A stretch of 64,000 bases of DNA, from positions 119,102,001-119,166,000 of the forward strand of contig OZ320313.1 in assembly GCA_976226885.1 (NCBI GenBank). Reading direction: 5' to 3'. Origin of the DNA: Iphione sp. A-MEVVRFRX5. Its lineage: Eukaryota. Positions 1 to 12,954 of the stretch are shown one piece after another. The translations under genes were made by a program, and so were the position numbers. Numbering within the stretch: the stretch's first letter is position 1; the number at the start of each line of letters is the position of its first letter. The notes beneath the pieces are model-generated. The model had not been told where the DNA came from and did not search any database. It saw only the letters and a list, made by a program, of their open reading frames with translations.

Positions 1-3000
1 GGTCAAACACTAGGTCACGTTATTGACCTATAACGATGGATCTATGCAAAACGATTTTAAGACATATTACCAGAACAAGGAGTCCTGAAAAAAGCACTCT
101 CTTTGTCTATCATACAATTTTTTTAATATTCCTCATCCTTTGCAATAACTACGAAGAGAAACTGGGAATTTCTGCCAGCCGTCTTGACCCTCATCGTCAG
201 GAGAGTGAGTAAATGGTGCCATTAAGCGGCGGTTCGCAAATACATGTACGTACATGTACATATATTATAGGGTTTCACTACGCTAAGGTCAAATATGGTA
301 CATAACACGCGATTATACGCATGGCATACATGTGCATATAGCAATAAGTAGCTCATGATGTTTGATAATTCAGGTCATGCAATCTCCATCCTAGCTTCCC
401 ACTGGATCGATCATCAATTTGTGCAACAAACTACAGACGGACCACGAAGTACCAACTGTTGATTTTTTTTTTCGATAGAAAGCCTCAATATAAGACTTTG
501 CTCCTTATAGAAACTTATATTACATCTTTAAAGGCATATATGTGTTACTCGTTAGTGTGTACACGGTCTTTGAATGGACTGCTTCCTCCTTTCTGTGCCA
601 TATTCCTCACTTTCTGTGAGACAGGTATTGGGATGAACAGTATGGGAGGCCATGAAATATGTACTCAAGGACACATAGCATTAGAGTAAGGATAGATATG
701 TCTTTCCGTGTTATTTTATTGAATGAGATTTATATCCCTATATATATATCAATGATTTTAATGGGGACTGCCCTTCCGACTGAGGTATATCTTATATTAT
801 CAACTGAACTACATGTATCTCCCTCAGAAGTCGACCAACAGGTAGTGCCAAGCCTTCATATTTTCTCCCAATTTTTTAAAAGAAAAGCACTCTAAAAGTA
901 CTTCCAGACACGCTAATGGGAGACATGACCTTGCTAATGCAGTGAAGTGTATTGTAATCAGTTAAAAACTCCTACAAAGAGACAAGTGTCAAGCGCTGCT
1001 TTGGGCCATTCCTGTTTGGCGTGTGCCTAGACCTCTATTGACAGGGTGTTTTTCTTAAAACGTGGCAAACAATGCTTTCGACGAGTACATCTTAACGGTT
1101 AGCAGCGACTGGACAACCATAAGCGATACTCCGACACACACACATTAATCTTGGTCTTCTTGGTTCTGATATGTCAGGATGCCGATAAGAAGGAGGTTTT
1201 AGTCTCAATTTGAGCACTCATTATTTTTCTTTGGTCGCCTGCCAGGTGCACTTTTTTCCCCGCCACGCAAAGTGCGGGTCGATAAGTTAAACATCTCCAC
1301 TGGCTCTCAAATCCGGCAATTCCCCGAGGAAACATGTCAAGGGCTGACCGACTGTTAGAGCACGTCACCTATAGGGCTATGATCATCCTAAACTCGGCTT
1401 GCACCTCCTGGCCCTCTATACAGCCTGATGTCAGTGGCACATCTTCCGCTTAACCACAGGATAGTCAAGACCTCAACATCTGAATTTACCACTAATTACC
1501 AATCACTAATTTGTTGTCATCGGACGATTTACTATGTGCAATCGGTGGTAAGTTGGTCGCTATAGACAACCTTTTACATCGCCTGTGAACTCCACTGGCC
1601 TGAGGCTGGGCATGTGCTGTCCTCGCAATTAACCCTAGCGTGACCCGCGGCATGTGGAACAATAATCAAGTCGCTCTCTCCGACCTACACTCGGGACTAG
1701 AGCCAAATCAGTGAGCACTCGCTCCAAGTACAAGTGACTGCGTGAGCACGTATATCTAATTGTGGGTATATACGTGACTGCCTATTGTAATTGTTATTCA
1801 CACTCTCGTGGTTCTTCCCACTGCTCGCCATTTCCCTCACCATCCGCCAGGTCTCTTCGGCTGCAAGCAAAAGCGGGGTATTTGTTCAACATTCTACACC
1901 ATAGGACACAGTACATGCAGTCGTGAATTGTAGTTTTGGTGTTTTTTCTTTTCTTTTTCTAAACAGCGTGGGCAGATTAGACATGCGAAATGTACTTTGT
2001 TCTTTCGTGCGCTGTCTCAATTTGTACTTCTTACACTACTTTGTACAGTTCAACACTGAGTTGGTTTTTTTTTCAATGATCGATATAACATAAGAGCAGA
2101 AAGCAAAACAAAAGTGAAGCACCGCTTATGGCCAAATACAGTGTAAACGCTTCTGTCCAGGCAGTGAACAGTCATATCTTTTTCTTGAGTGTTTACACGG
2201 CGACAAATAAATGGTATCGAATATCTTGATTGAATTCCCTAAAGGGATCTACATAAACTGCATCATATCACGGCGTTTTGTCACTTATGTCTGAATCGAA
2301 AAAACATACACCAGTGACAACCATGTCACCGGTTCGTAGGATTCTATTTCATCCACTGTGCAATGTCCTTCTGAGAACACACATGTAGCGAGCGGCAAAG
2401 GACGTGTAGTATTTTTCGCATGACTTTTAGGGGGGCCCTTACATAAAGGTCTTCTTATGAGCACGCTACTTTTGCGGTTAACTAATTTGATTCACTCTCC
2501 GTCGATACACGCGATGTGAACATTAGGTCACTAAACCTCTAGGATTAAACGGCCAGCCTAGCTGTCTCCAACTGAGAACACGTTTGTTGACCGAAAAATA
2601 TAACCGACTGTTAAAGGCATCATGGTGGGATACATGGTTGAAAATCAAAGACCCGGAAAGAAGACCTGTCGTGTGTAAACCATATATCAAAACATCTGTG
2701 GCGTCTCATGTTTAGGACAACATCTTTCAGGGCTGAAATATATTGCCCTCCTGTATTTCTTTAATGGAGCAACCACATAGCTGAGGGAATATTAGCGTAG
2801 AAGCATTGATAAAATAATGACATCAAATGTCACGTGCATATTGAAATTCATAGTTCTGCACCATGTAATAATTATAATCAACAAAGCTTCCCAGGAATTT
2901 CATATCTACATACAAAAGTCATAACACATGAAGACAGCTTCCTTGACATGATGTGTTTCCAAATAGAAATGCACATACGTGTTTAAAACACCAGAAGAAT

Positions 3001-4609
3001 TCTGAATAGACTTGACCGAACCCGTCCATTGGTATATCCTGAAGGTGGCAACTAACGGTACAAAGTGACAACCCTGACGCTGAAGTTGACTAGCAGTTCA
3101 CTAGACCGTATCCACGATTATAAATCAAAATCTCCCTACCGTGACCAACAATGCTTTACACGTTCTCATGCATTTAAACACTTGCATGGGGGTACACACA
3201 AATTTAATGGCCGCACTTCTTTTTATATTCTGCATGGTATAAAACATGTAATGTGAATTATGTTCACAGGGGAAAATCAGACAAAGGATCAGACAAGGGC
3301 AACATGCAGGGTGGTAGACCGAAAGAAGGAATGTCTCAACGGCAATGGGTCCAAGGTTGATGTATAAAGATTTTGCCAAACATTTACATGTACTCGCGCG
3401 GTCGTAGATTTGTAATGGGTTTTTATCTTACCTCATTTGCCCATAATGATGGGTTTTGTATTCGGTATGCGTTTCTGCAGACCTTAATAGAAACCATGTT
3501 GTTCCAAGTAGGTCTCCTACCATGACCACTCGACCTCTGTCAGATAACATTAATCGTCAAGTCTGAGATTCCATCACCAATCTATGCTTTTAGTGTGTAC
3601 TGGCCCAGGTCCTTCCTATTCTCACCGTGTCCTTGTTTTGGGTGAAAACCTGTAATACGAGATGCAACACACTGCGTTCTCTGACAATATGGGCCCTTTA
3701 AATAATCTCCATACATGCATATTTTATAGTGGCCATCACCATGCATCCACATTTTTATCTCAGTTCATTAGCAACCTTGCCCGTATAATATAATGAATCT
3801 TCAACAATCGTCATGTTAGCTATTCTAGCAGATGACACATGTTAAAATTAGGTCATATACTGTGTGCGCCTGGAACGATCGATAATTTTAGTAGTTTACT
3901 GGTTTCTAAACTTTGCTTCACTCCTCGTCATCTTATTGAATTCCTCCAATCCTGCTTTAATCCTGAGTAAACCGAGGCGTGTCTAATATCCCTCCCACTA
4001 TTAGTCACTTGACAATTTCGCCTTGAATAGATTTTTGTTAGCATAAATTCTTTAATATATATATATCCTTTAACTGCACCATAGATAAAAAGGTGTCAAT
4101 TACGATAGGAATAGGTATGATAATAGTCGGTTCTTATTACCCAAACAATGACGACCTGGTGTGTGTGTAAAGAAATACCTTGAATAAGTGACCTCACTGA
4201 CCTCTTGACCTCCCCCGCCCACCTGCCCGTTCTCTACGAGAGAGCCGCGATATTTTTTTCTCCCCTCCCCCAGCCCCCTTTTACACGACGGGCTAGACGG
4301 TCTGGAGAGGGTCATGCTCTCAACATGTATATAGCATGGGAGGTGAATCATGTCAATAACCATGGAGGGGCCGCAGGTCAGCCGGTAATGTGTGGCACGG
4401 GGCCGGGAGACAGGGGTACCACCGCCATCGCCGACACCCCGTCTCTCCTCTACAACTGGATAGCATGCTCGAGGTTAAAGCCTCCAACCAGGCCGCTTCG
4501 CCAACCACGCCGAAAGAACTTCTTGCTGCCAATATTATCGTATTGTGTCGCAAGATATAGTGGTAGCACGATGCATACTTTTGATAACGGTGCTTCAATC
4601 TAGTGTACT

Positions 4610-4990
4610 TCACGTGGCGATAACGATTCGCCTAATGGTGCACGTCCTGAGATTTGACAACTGTGTTTGTCCCATTGGGAAGATCCACACACACTGCCAG
4701 ATACTCAGAGCGCTACGACTGTCTTTATCTAATAAATGCAATCGTTTTGTCCGGAGTGTGGATTTTTTCCCATTTTCGTTCACGTACAGGCCAATATAGG
4801 CTTCTGAATCCCCCTCTAGTGTGTATTTGTCGCCAGGGATATGCATTTCTGGGAGAAGGTCCCACCACAGTGTAAATACCTCAACCCATTCCAAGCCTTT
4901 CCTGACAGAAACCTGATCCTGTTTTGTTGATATTTCCACATGATAAAATACGGGCAGATATGCTAAAATATGTTCCTTTGCTTTGCGCTT
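4610..4990 (-). pseudogene. Possible LINE apurinic-endonuclease relic
   Basis: EMHIPGDKYTL...GLYVNE...SIW loosely resembles the IPGY..GGV.IYV..IW region of CR1/L2 APE domains. Heavily degraded. Confidence 0.3.
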
Positions 4991-6599
4991 CAGGATGCAC
5001 GATTAACGCTCCCTGAGCTCAGTGTCAAAATACGTTTTCCTCATTCCCAACAGTGACCAGGACGTACGTCAAATGATATCTTTACATAGTAATATTTATA
5101 CCAAGTTCGACTTTCACAACCTGCTGTACGATTTTTCCTTGTTGTTTTCATACCCTGGACTCCCGTTTGTTCTTGATGTGTGCTGGCCCCAAAAGACATA
5201 TAAATCATTTAATATTCAACTCAGCATTAGTACAACACAGAGCAGCCTATAAAGCATTGCTCTGTGATGTACAGATGTCAAGCCGGCTTCGGCCCTGAAG
5301 CCTTGACATGCAAACTGAGTTGATCCTAAGGTTATAATCCACACTCAGCTCTCATGTTGGCCCAGTAAAACATGATGTTTTCTATTAAGAGAAGATCAGC
5401 AATGTGCTCATCATACACGCTGGGAAAGTAGCATCGTTCTCCGGGTAGCATGACTGCTTTGTATCTGAAATGTCATGAAGATGCACTGCCACAGAGTCTG
5501 GGCAAAATTTGACAAATCATCAAGGGGTATTTCAATTCAATGTAAAGCCTAAAATCGTTTCCTTAATATAAAAGGAAAACTATTATTATATCAACCACGT
5601 ACAATATATCATACATATAGATGTAGCTGTACGTGTACGTGGGAAAGATAGCCGTGATATCTGTTTAATCGCACATGACTATGTGCAAAGTATCTTCTGG
5701 GAATTGATATATGAAACTGATTTTAACTCGATGTGTTGGAAATGGGGAGAGGAATCAAAAAGTAGGGAAGCTATTTAGAACCATGCTATGACACATAAAA
5801 GCAGTTGGTGAACATTGTGTGATAGCACGGTCACTCAAAGACCATTGCTCTGCAAGCGGTCGCTACGAGTGGGAGAGGTATATCTTCACTAAAAACATGT
5901 ATAACAAACGCTGGGGCCTGGCGGACTATATACAAGCCCTCTGTACAACCTCTGTAGTCCGCGGCTTTCTCTCCACGTGCTCTAGCCTGGCCCATCTGCC
6001 GGGGCCAAGACCACCACCGACAAGATCACATTTCGCGTACCTCAAAACACGTTTCCCTTGAAAAGGCTGGAAACTTCGCTTGGGAGCTTGCATTGGTGAC
6101 TCAATCTACATCTAAAAACACGGAGCCGCCCGAAACAGGTCTCCGTGATATACATCAGGCATAGTCCAGTGATTCTGTTTGCTAGGCACAATGGACGAAA
6201 AAGCCAAACTAAAAGTAAAAAGGTTGTCAACAGTGGCCACGGTTGTCCTTTTATCCATAAGGATGGAAGTAGTATGGATCACGAATATGGACAGGCACCT
6301 GCCTGGATATAACTTCCTTTTTACACCGGCCTCTGTTGACATGGATGATGTTCTTGATTGCATTTCAGGACGCTCTTCTCAATGCGAATAACAATGCTTT
6401 TTTTCGTAAGCCTAATCTGGACATACATGGAAGGATAATATGGCATACGATGGGTGCTCTCGGTGCTGTTCTGTTCGTGAAACAGTCGCATATAAAAGGG
6501 ATGCCGAGGACACACATCATCTCGCATCAGCCCACGATACATAAATAGAACTTACCAAGCTTCCTTATGAATCGATAGCATCGTGCGACATGTGATTGG

Positions 6600-8100
6600 C
6601 GATAAAACGGAGTCGGTGTAGCCGTCTGGGAGCAGGTCGTACAGGCGTCAGGCAGAGCGTCTGTAGCAGGTGCCTGCAGGTTCGCCATGGAGGAGGGAGA
6701 GGAGGCGTCAGGATGTGCTGGCTCCAAAGTTAGTGTATCCCCTGCAGTCTCTGAACCGTATAAAGCGGGTAATCTGCGAGCCATCTGGGCATAATAAGCT
6801 TTGTCTGCAGAAGACGATCGACGCTGAGCGGCAGCGGCGGCGGGGAAGGACGAGCTTCTATGCCGCCCGCCTTACCACGAGGAGAACTGGCCGGGAAAGA
6901 GGAGGGATCCCGCACCTCGGTCAACGTCTGCTGGTGGCTGCTTGAATGACGCCCTTGTCTGGTCGTTCCTGCCCAGATGCTGCCGCATCTATGATGCAAG
7001 CGGCAATGTCAACCCTATTTTTAGCAATGGCCGAAGAGGTTTCACAACAATCAAATGTCTCTTCCTCTGGTACTTCCTGACGCGTTTGCCTAGGGTTTTG
7101 CGATGTGGGGTTGCCTTGTCTCCGCGGCAGCGTGCACGCTACCCGCGCTGAGTTACGCGTGGTCCGCTGATCAACACGCCGGCAAATCAGACGGGAATCC
7201 CAGAGCGGCACAGAGACGATGAGGGCTGGAGGTGGGGAGGAGCGGGGTGGGAAGGTTATCGCGGGCGGGAGGGGGGCTTCCGGCAGGAAACCAGCCAATC
7301 GACGGTGATTCCGTGGGTTTCTTAGGAAATACAAAAAAAAAATATCCTACACGCAACAGACGGTTGTCGGTGTTCTCTGTGACAGCTGCCGGGGTGGTGG
7401 CTGGTGGACTGACTACCACGTGTGGCTGGCTGCTGCCCAGGGATCCACGGTGCCGAGTTTTTAATGGCTGCCTCGAACTGCCCAGACGTGCTTTCCCTAT
7501 ATAAAGTCAACCCACCCCCCACCCCACCCCCCTCTTCCCAACTCACAGGCACACCCTCCGTGTATATCCAAGGCCAGCCACAGGCACTGTATCATTCGCT
7601 AGTCGGTTATTATGATTGCTGCTGAAGCTGATGATGATGATGCGTATCGAATGCCATGTATGACACTGGTGCTTACCAAAGACTGTGTTTTAAAAAAAGA
7701 CAGCATCAGCCACAGCGTGGGCAGCGTCACAGCTCGTAACGGTAATAGAGGAGTGAGTCGCCGGCTCCCACCATGTGAAAATAAGCCACTGTGCGCCGAC
7801 AAAACCAACGTAGTTGACCGTCGCCGTCTCTACTGGCGGCTCTAATAGGCTCACTAGGGCGAGTCACCGCAAATCACACGAACACGGTCGGTTCATAAAC
7901 GGTGGACCACCAGCACGCACGCTGCTCTCCACTCCTTCACCGCCTTCGCCGTCCACACCGCTCGAGCGGCAGAGTACGCTACTGACTATCAATGCTCACC
8001 TTCCTCCTGCTCACCCATCCCTGGCTGCCATCCAGGCTGGAGCTGCCCTTAAGGGGGTGGGGGTTGCTGGGTATTGAGCATACACCGCGGAATCTGGCTA
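6600..8100. promoter_or_regulatory. CpG/GC-rich promoter-like island
   Basis: High GC and CpG density against an AT-rich background. ETS-like CTTCCGG near 7277, CCAAT near 7295, CACGTG near 7416, TATATAAA at 7498 and a GTGAGT donor at 7753. Confidence 0.45.
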
Positions 8101-9394
8101 TTATACCGCCCGGCTAGACCTTTAGATACACGATCTAGTCTGGTATATTATGTACACGGAACGATGAATATGAGAGGTCTATACATCGACTGTTTAAATA
8201 CATGTACATGTACATCTAGCGCGTTCGAGTGTGACATCAGATGAAAATTATGTCTGTCTCCTCCTCGCTTCCTTATCTTCTTACTGTCCTTTTCTTCCCT
8301 TCGTACCATATTAAAGGGTTTCTGTCACCCCATAGTGTCTTTACATCCCCATTTCTCACCCATCTAAGAGTGACGTGTCCTTTCTCTGAACGATTCTATC
8401 ACTTTTGGAGAGTCAAAACCATTGCAATGAATTCAGTCGTCACTTAGTAAAGCCACCTTTTTTTCACTGTCATGTCGCATCAATCTTTTGACCCACAAGT
8501 CTGATCCTTGATTAGGATGATTTAGTTCGAGATGCTGCAGGTAAGGTTAATGAGTGCAGCAAGCCCATCACGTTTTAAAGGATCCTACCCGCCTTTTGAA
8601 AGGGGCTCTTCACGGGAACAATAGTGAGCTGTCTAATTAGGGGAGACCTTGTCTGTGCGAGTTCACAAGGTCACAATCCACGCCCTCTCATCGGATTATC
8701 GTTGCTACCCCCTAAATCTGCTCGGAAATCTGCTCCAAAACCTGTCACCGTAGATCTTCACGGGCGCGCCATATTTTACCAGTTTCCCCGTGTTTTATGT
8801 ATATGTCTTTATTTCACAAATGACGTTCACGTGATATTTTTTTATCTTTATTAACGTTCTTTCACGTGAATGAAATGACATGTGCATGTTACGCCAGTAT
8901 GTACATGTATATGTAAATATCTACATACATAAATATAGGTCAAGTTTAGCACGGTATTCACTAGGTGGCAGCGCGGTCTCGCTAAGTAATTTCTCAAACG
9001 TTGAACGATGGAATAGCAAAATATCAATTGAACACTTTTTTCTATACTCGCACCCTTGTTGTTTGGGTAGTATTCTTTGTCACCAAAGTTTAAATGAGCC
9101 TGAATGCATCTACATATGAAGGATATGTGAATTGATCAAAATAAAGTTATGAACGTCATATTAAAAAGTATTCTAATTATCCCTGCTTTATACGTATTGA
9201 TCAATATGTTTTAAATCAGATTTTACCGATAGAAAAAAGTGAAGAATGATAGGTCTTCCTGGATTCTGATAGCGAAAATTTTTTATTACAGACGACAAAA
9301 CAAAGGAAGAGGTTGTATGCATTTTATAGAGATTCAGTAGAGTCTTTGTACATGAAAAGCAGAAACAGCCTTTGTATGTTCAAAACTATTCTAA

Positions 9395-9724
9395 GGCCCA
9401 GTAAAATATTACTTCTGTTTTCGGTAATCCGACCAACCCAACAATTTGGTCAGTTGTAACACGTCATTTTTGTATATTTATTTGTAATAACTTCATAACG
9501 AATAATGCTGTACACCATTTTTCTTCCTAAAGCTTTGAAGCTTTCAGGTGAAACCAGTTCCATTAAAATCGAACCAGTAGAAGCAGTAGTGCCAGGCTTG
9601 GAGAATATTGCATAGCATTATCAGTGTGATAATTTTGTAAAACAAAAGACAATATATAAGCACCAATCTACCTACACTACATTTTTTTCGCCATGTTACA
9701 AGAAACACAAGTATTGGTGAGGCC
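9395..9724. mobile_element. PIF/Harbinger-like MITE, divergent family
   Basis: TAA|GGCC ... GGCC|TAA with weak subterminal inverted similarity. The 330-bp size is similar to the other three copies. Confidence 0.5.
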
Positions 9725-10049
9725 TAATCTACACTCAACTTAGCTCATCTCATAATATTTTACCCCAAGCCCTTCCGCTTGGGTACATATTTTGATAATT
9801 AATAGCAAAAGTTAAACCTACTTGATCATGTGATAACCATCCGATAGTACAACACATGGAAAATAAATTCTTCATTACGTCAAAAGGAATCTAGTAATCA
9901 TAAATTCCCAAAACTTTTTTTATTAATAATAATGCTCATACAAGTATGGATTTTGCAATGCTACTACTAATCATTAGTTGTTCCCGCATGTGATTCAGGA
10001 CTGGCACTTGAATGCGTTTTTTACACTGATAATCTGAAGCCTTGAATTC

Positions 10050-10325
10050 TTAGTCGTTGGTGACTAACTTTCTTAGGTCAAAATGACGGTGCCAAAAGTT
10101 ACCTAAGGCAAGTTAGTAACCTTAGTCATATCTGACTAAGAGTATTAGTCAATTAATTTCCGGGAATATGTACTTTGTATTAGTCAAAATGACTAAGTTT
10201 ACATGTCAAAATGACTAATCTTACATGTTCAAATCAAATAATATGTTAGCCAGAATTTCCATTTTTTTGACTAATCTCTTAGTCAATTCTACTAACTTAA
10301 CATAGTCTATACTGACTAATGCCTT
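10050..10325. repeat. Cluster of TGACTAA/TTAGTCA motifs in both orientations
   Basis: About 10-12 near-exact copies in 280 bp. The pattern resembles subterminal repeats of a CMC-type element. Confidence 0.7.
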
Positions 10326-10449
10326 AAATTTAAAATCATATCAGATGAAAAAACAGTTGAGATCATGTCAGCAGGGTAGATATAATTTCTCACACAACCA
10401 TAAGTAATGGGCAGATTTGAATGCAATAAACCTTTAGAGAAAGCTCAAA

Positions 10450-10900
10450 GCCTACCTGATAAGACTGTCCTAGTTGCTTGTCAGTTCAATGAAGGTATAT
10501 AGAAGAAAAATAACAAAATATCCTGATGATGATTTGTCATCTTCCAGAGATGGTGGATCAGGAACTTGTTTTATTGATCTCCTAATTAGAGAGTTCCACA
10601 AGCACAAGAGATATTGGACTCACTGACAGGCTGTATTCCTGTCTTATTTTAAAGTAAAGGCCTTGGTATGATTTTGTGGCATTTCCTATACGTGCATGAA
10701 AGAAAGAAAAGAAATGTCATGCCCCCTGCGTAACGATTTGTCACTGGAGTAAAACAAACATGACAGGTGGTATTTTGCCTCTCAAGTAAATTATCACCAT
10801 GGGACACTATACAGATCTTTGTCAAGAATGAGGCGTACTGACAACACTCCACGCTACCAAATAGCAACATAGAAGAAATGCGAGCTTTTGTCTTGTGCGC
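10450..10900 (-). pseudogene. Possible LINE RT C-terminal relic
   Basis: VRLILDKDL resembles the LG(V/L)xxDxxL motif. It is otherwise fragmentary. Confidence 0.3.
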
Positions 10901-11529
10901 TTCCTCTAAGATTAGGCTACGAATATGCATAGCTTATTGCCTTTTCTCCCTTTTTTTTGAAAAATATCATTTGCTTTTACTCACAATGTAATAGTTAAAT
11001 TGCACACTGCGGGGGGGGGGGAAGATATCATACAGATCTAATGGACATGTATTTACTTTTTACGCATCTCTAAATCTTGATTATATGTACGCATTTCCGG
11101 AGAAACTCGTAGGTGTGCACAGGCCGACTGTACCACCAATCGGATCCGCGTGATAATTTGATATTGTAATATGCACGACAAATAACGGCCTTTGTCTTTA
11201 ACGTGTCAACTCAGAAAATATAGTGCAAGAATTTCTATGATGGAGATGCCCACTGGGTCATGTCACTTGAGAGCACCCTTGACTTTCTTTGCTGTGAGAA
11301 GAATGATCGCCCGGACTGTCGCTGAAATATTTCTCGGGTATTGTTCCTCGTTACTGCCAAATGCCTTTGTCTGCCAAGCTCAAAAATTGCACCGTTACTA
11401 TTGTGGTCTGTTTTTCGAGACTCTGTATCTAGCAACTACATAATCAAAATATGGAATCCTAAGTTTTTTTTGACGAAAAGTTATTAACAACATCGCCTTC
11501 AAATAGGTAGAGTTGGTTTGGGTTTTTGT

Positions 11530-12240
11530 TTTCATTGTATATTTAACCAGGAACTAGATATTCAGCTTTTTAAGCTGTTCTTCGATGTCCTCATGGGATA
11601 GTATACTACCATTTATTATTGAAAATTGAGAGACCAATATACCTGGGGTTGTCCCTTACTCCTATTTCAAACAGGACAGTGACCAGCCATGGGAAAAGGG
11701 GTATCCGGCGCAAAAAAGTCAAAGTGTAAAATAACCATCATTTGAGGCCAAAAATGAAGGAAATTTAAATCTAGTCATGAAAACTCTTTTTGCTAATTTT
11801 TCCTGTAGAATCTGTTGCAAAAGTCAGTTTTTGTAAATTCTTATTACTTATTAAGTTATTTTAAGTCATGTGATCAGATATGTAAATGAGCTAATTTACA
11901 TAAATGAATACATTAAGTTACCATGGTGACAAAATTTGAGGATTATTTTAAATGCCTTTATAGTACAGAAATATAAGAAATGTCCTATCAAGAACTGAAA
12001 CCCTTTCAAAAATATCTTTTACCCTTTTCCCTTTGCTGGTTTCTGGGTTCTTTTTGTGCATAGGAGAAAGAATCCTACACACCCATAGCCTTTGTTAGAA
12101 AGTTGTAAACCACTTTGGGTTGGGACTACAGTAAATCTGTCTCATTATGATCAAGAGTCCCAGGACCAGGATTGAACCTGCGAACTCTTTATGAATAGAC
12201 CAGGGCTAGTCAGTAGTCCTACCAACTCATCTACATCACC
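11530..12240 (-). mobile_element. tRNA-derived SINE interrupted by a MITE
   Basis: Shares blocks with 41980-42347 (TCCTC.TGG..TAG.ATACTACC, CCCTTACTC.TATT..AAACAGG, ATGATCAAGAGTCCCA). The B box reads GGTTCAATCC on the reverse strand. Confidence 0.68.
11682..12040. mobile_element. MITE nested in a SINE
   Basis: TIRs ACCAGCCATGGGAAAAGGG and CCCTTTTCCCTTTGCTGGT. The segment is absent from the 42-kb SINE copy. No clear TSD. Confidence 0.72.
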
Positions 12241-12954
12241 ACCCATATTTCCATACCAATTACTTGATGTATTAAATAAGCAGCACCTAAATAGACATGT
12301 AGCATGCAGGCATCAGGTAATATCGAACAGATGTTGTAGAACATAATTTCTTCATATTTTACCATGCTGGCATTGATTATTCCCCCCCCGCTTGAATGCT
12401 AAAGGAGGATATCTTGGTGATAGATAGACTAAATAGATGCACTACTAAGGCCTTCTAGGGTTGACACCAAGGTATGCTTTGGCATGTTGACACAACGTAG
12501 CATTTTATAATCGTTCTTATCTCTGTTATGTGATTTAAGTAAAATACTATAATATCAAATACTATACTTCTCTGGTCGATAAGACTGGTTATATAAGGCC
12601 TATGGGCAAATGAATTACTGAGTGAGATCATTTGGTTTTGCATAACGTTGTATACATCGCCGAGAAAAGGTAGAAATACATTTATAAGGGGGTTTGTAAG
12701 GTGAAAGTATGCCTAAAGTTCTAATTCAAATCATGAACATCTGCATATGTATCAATACAGATTCACATTTCAATGCTTTGGAGGATGCCTTAGATGCTAG
12801 ACGTAATGATTTACTGAGAAGTGTATAGGAACCACACTATAATGTATGGATCGTATCAGCAAGAAAACATAGTATTAAACCTTTGTGGAGTAATGGAGTG
12901 ATAATGATGATACAGCTTTGGCTTTGTACTTTTGAGTTTATTTCTATTTATGAT

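Noticed and set aside
6230-6270. GHGCPFIH resembling the primase large-subunit HGCPF motif
   Set aside because: An isolated 8-aa match in a frame with many stops.
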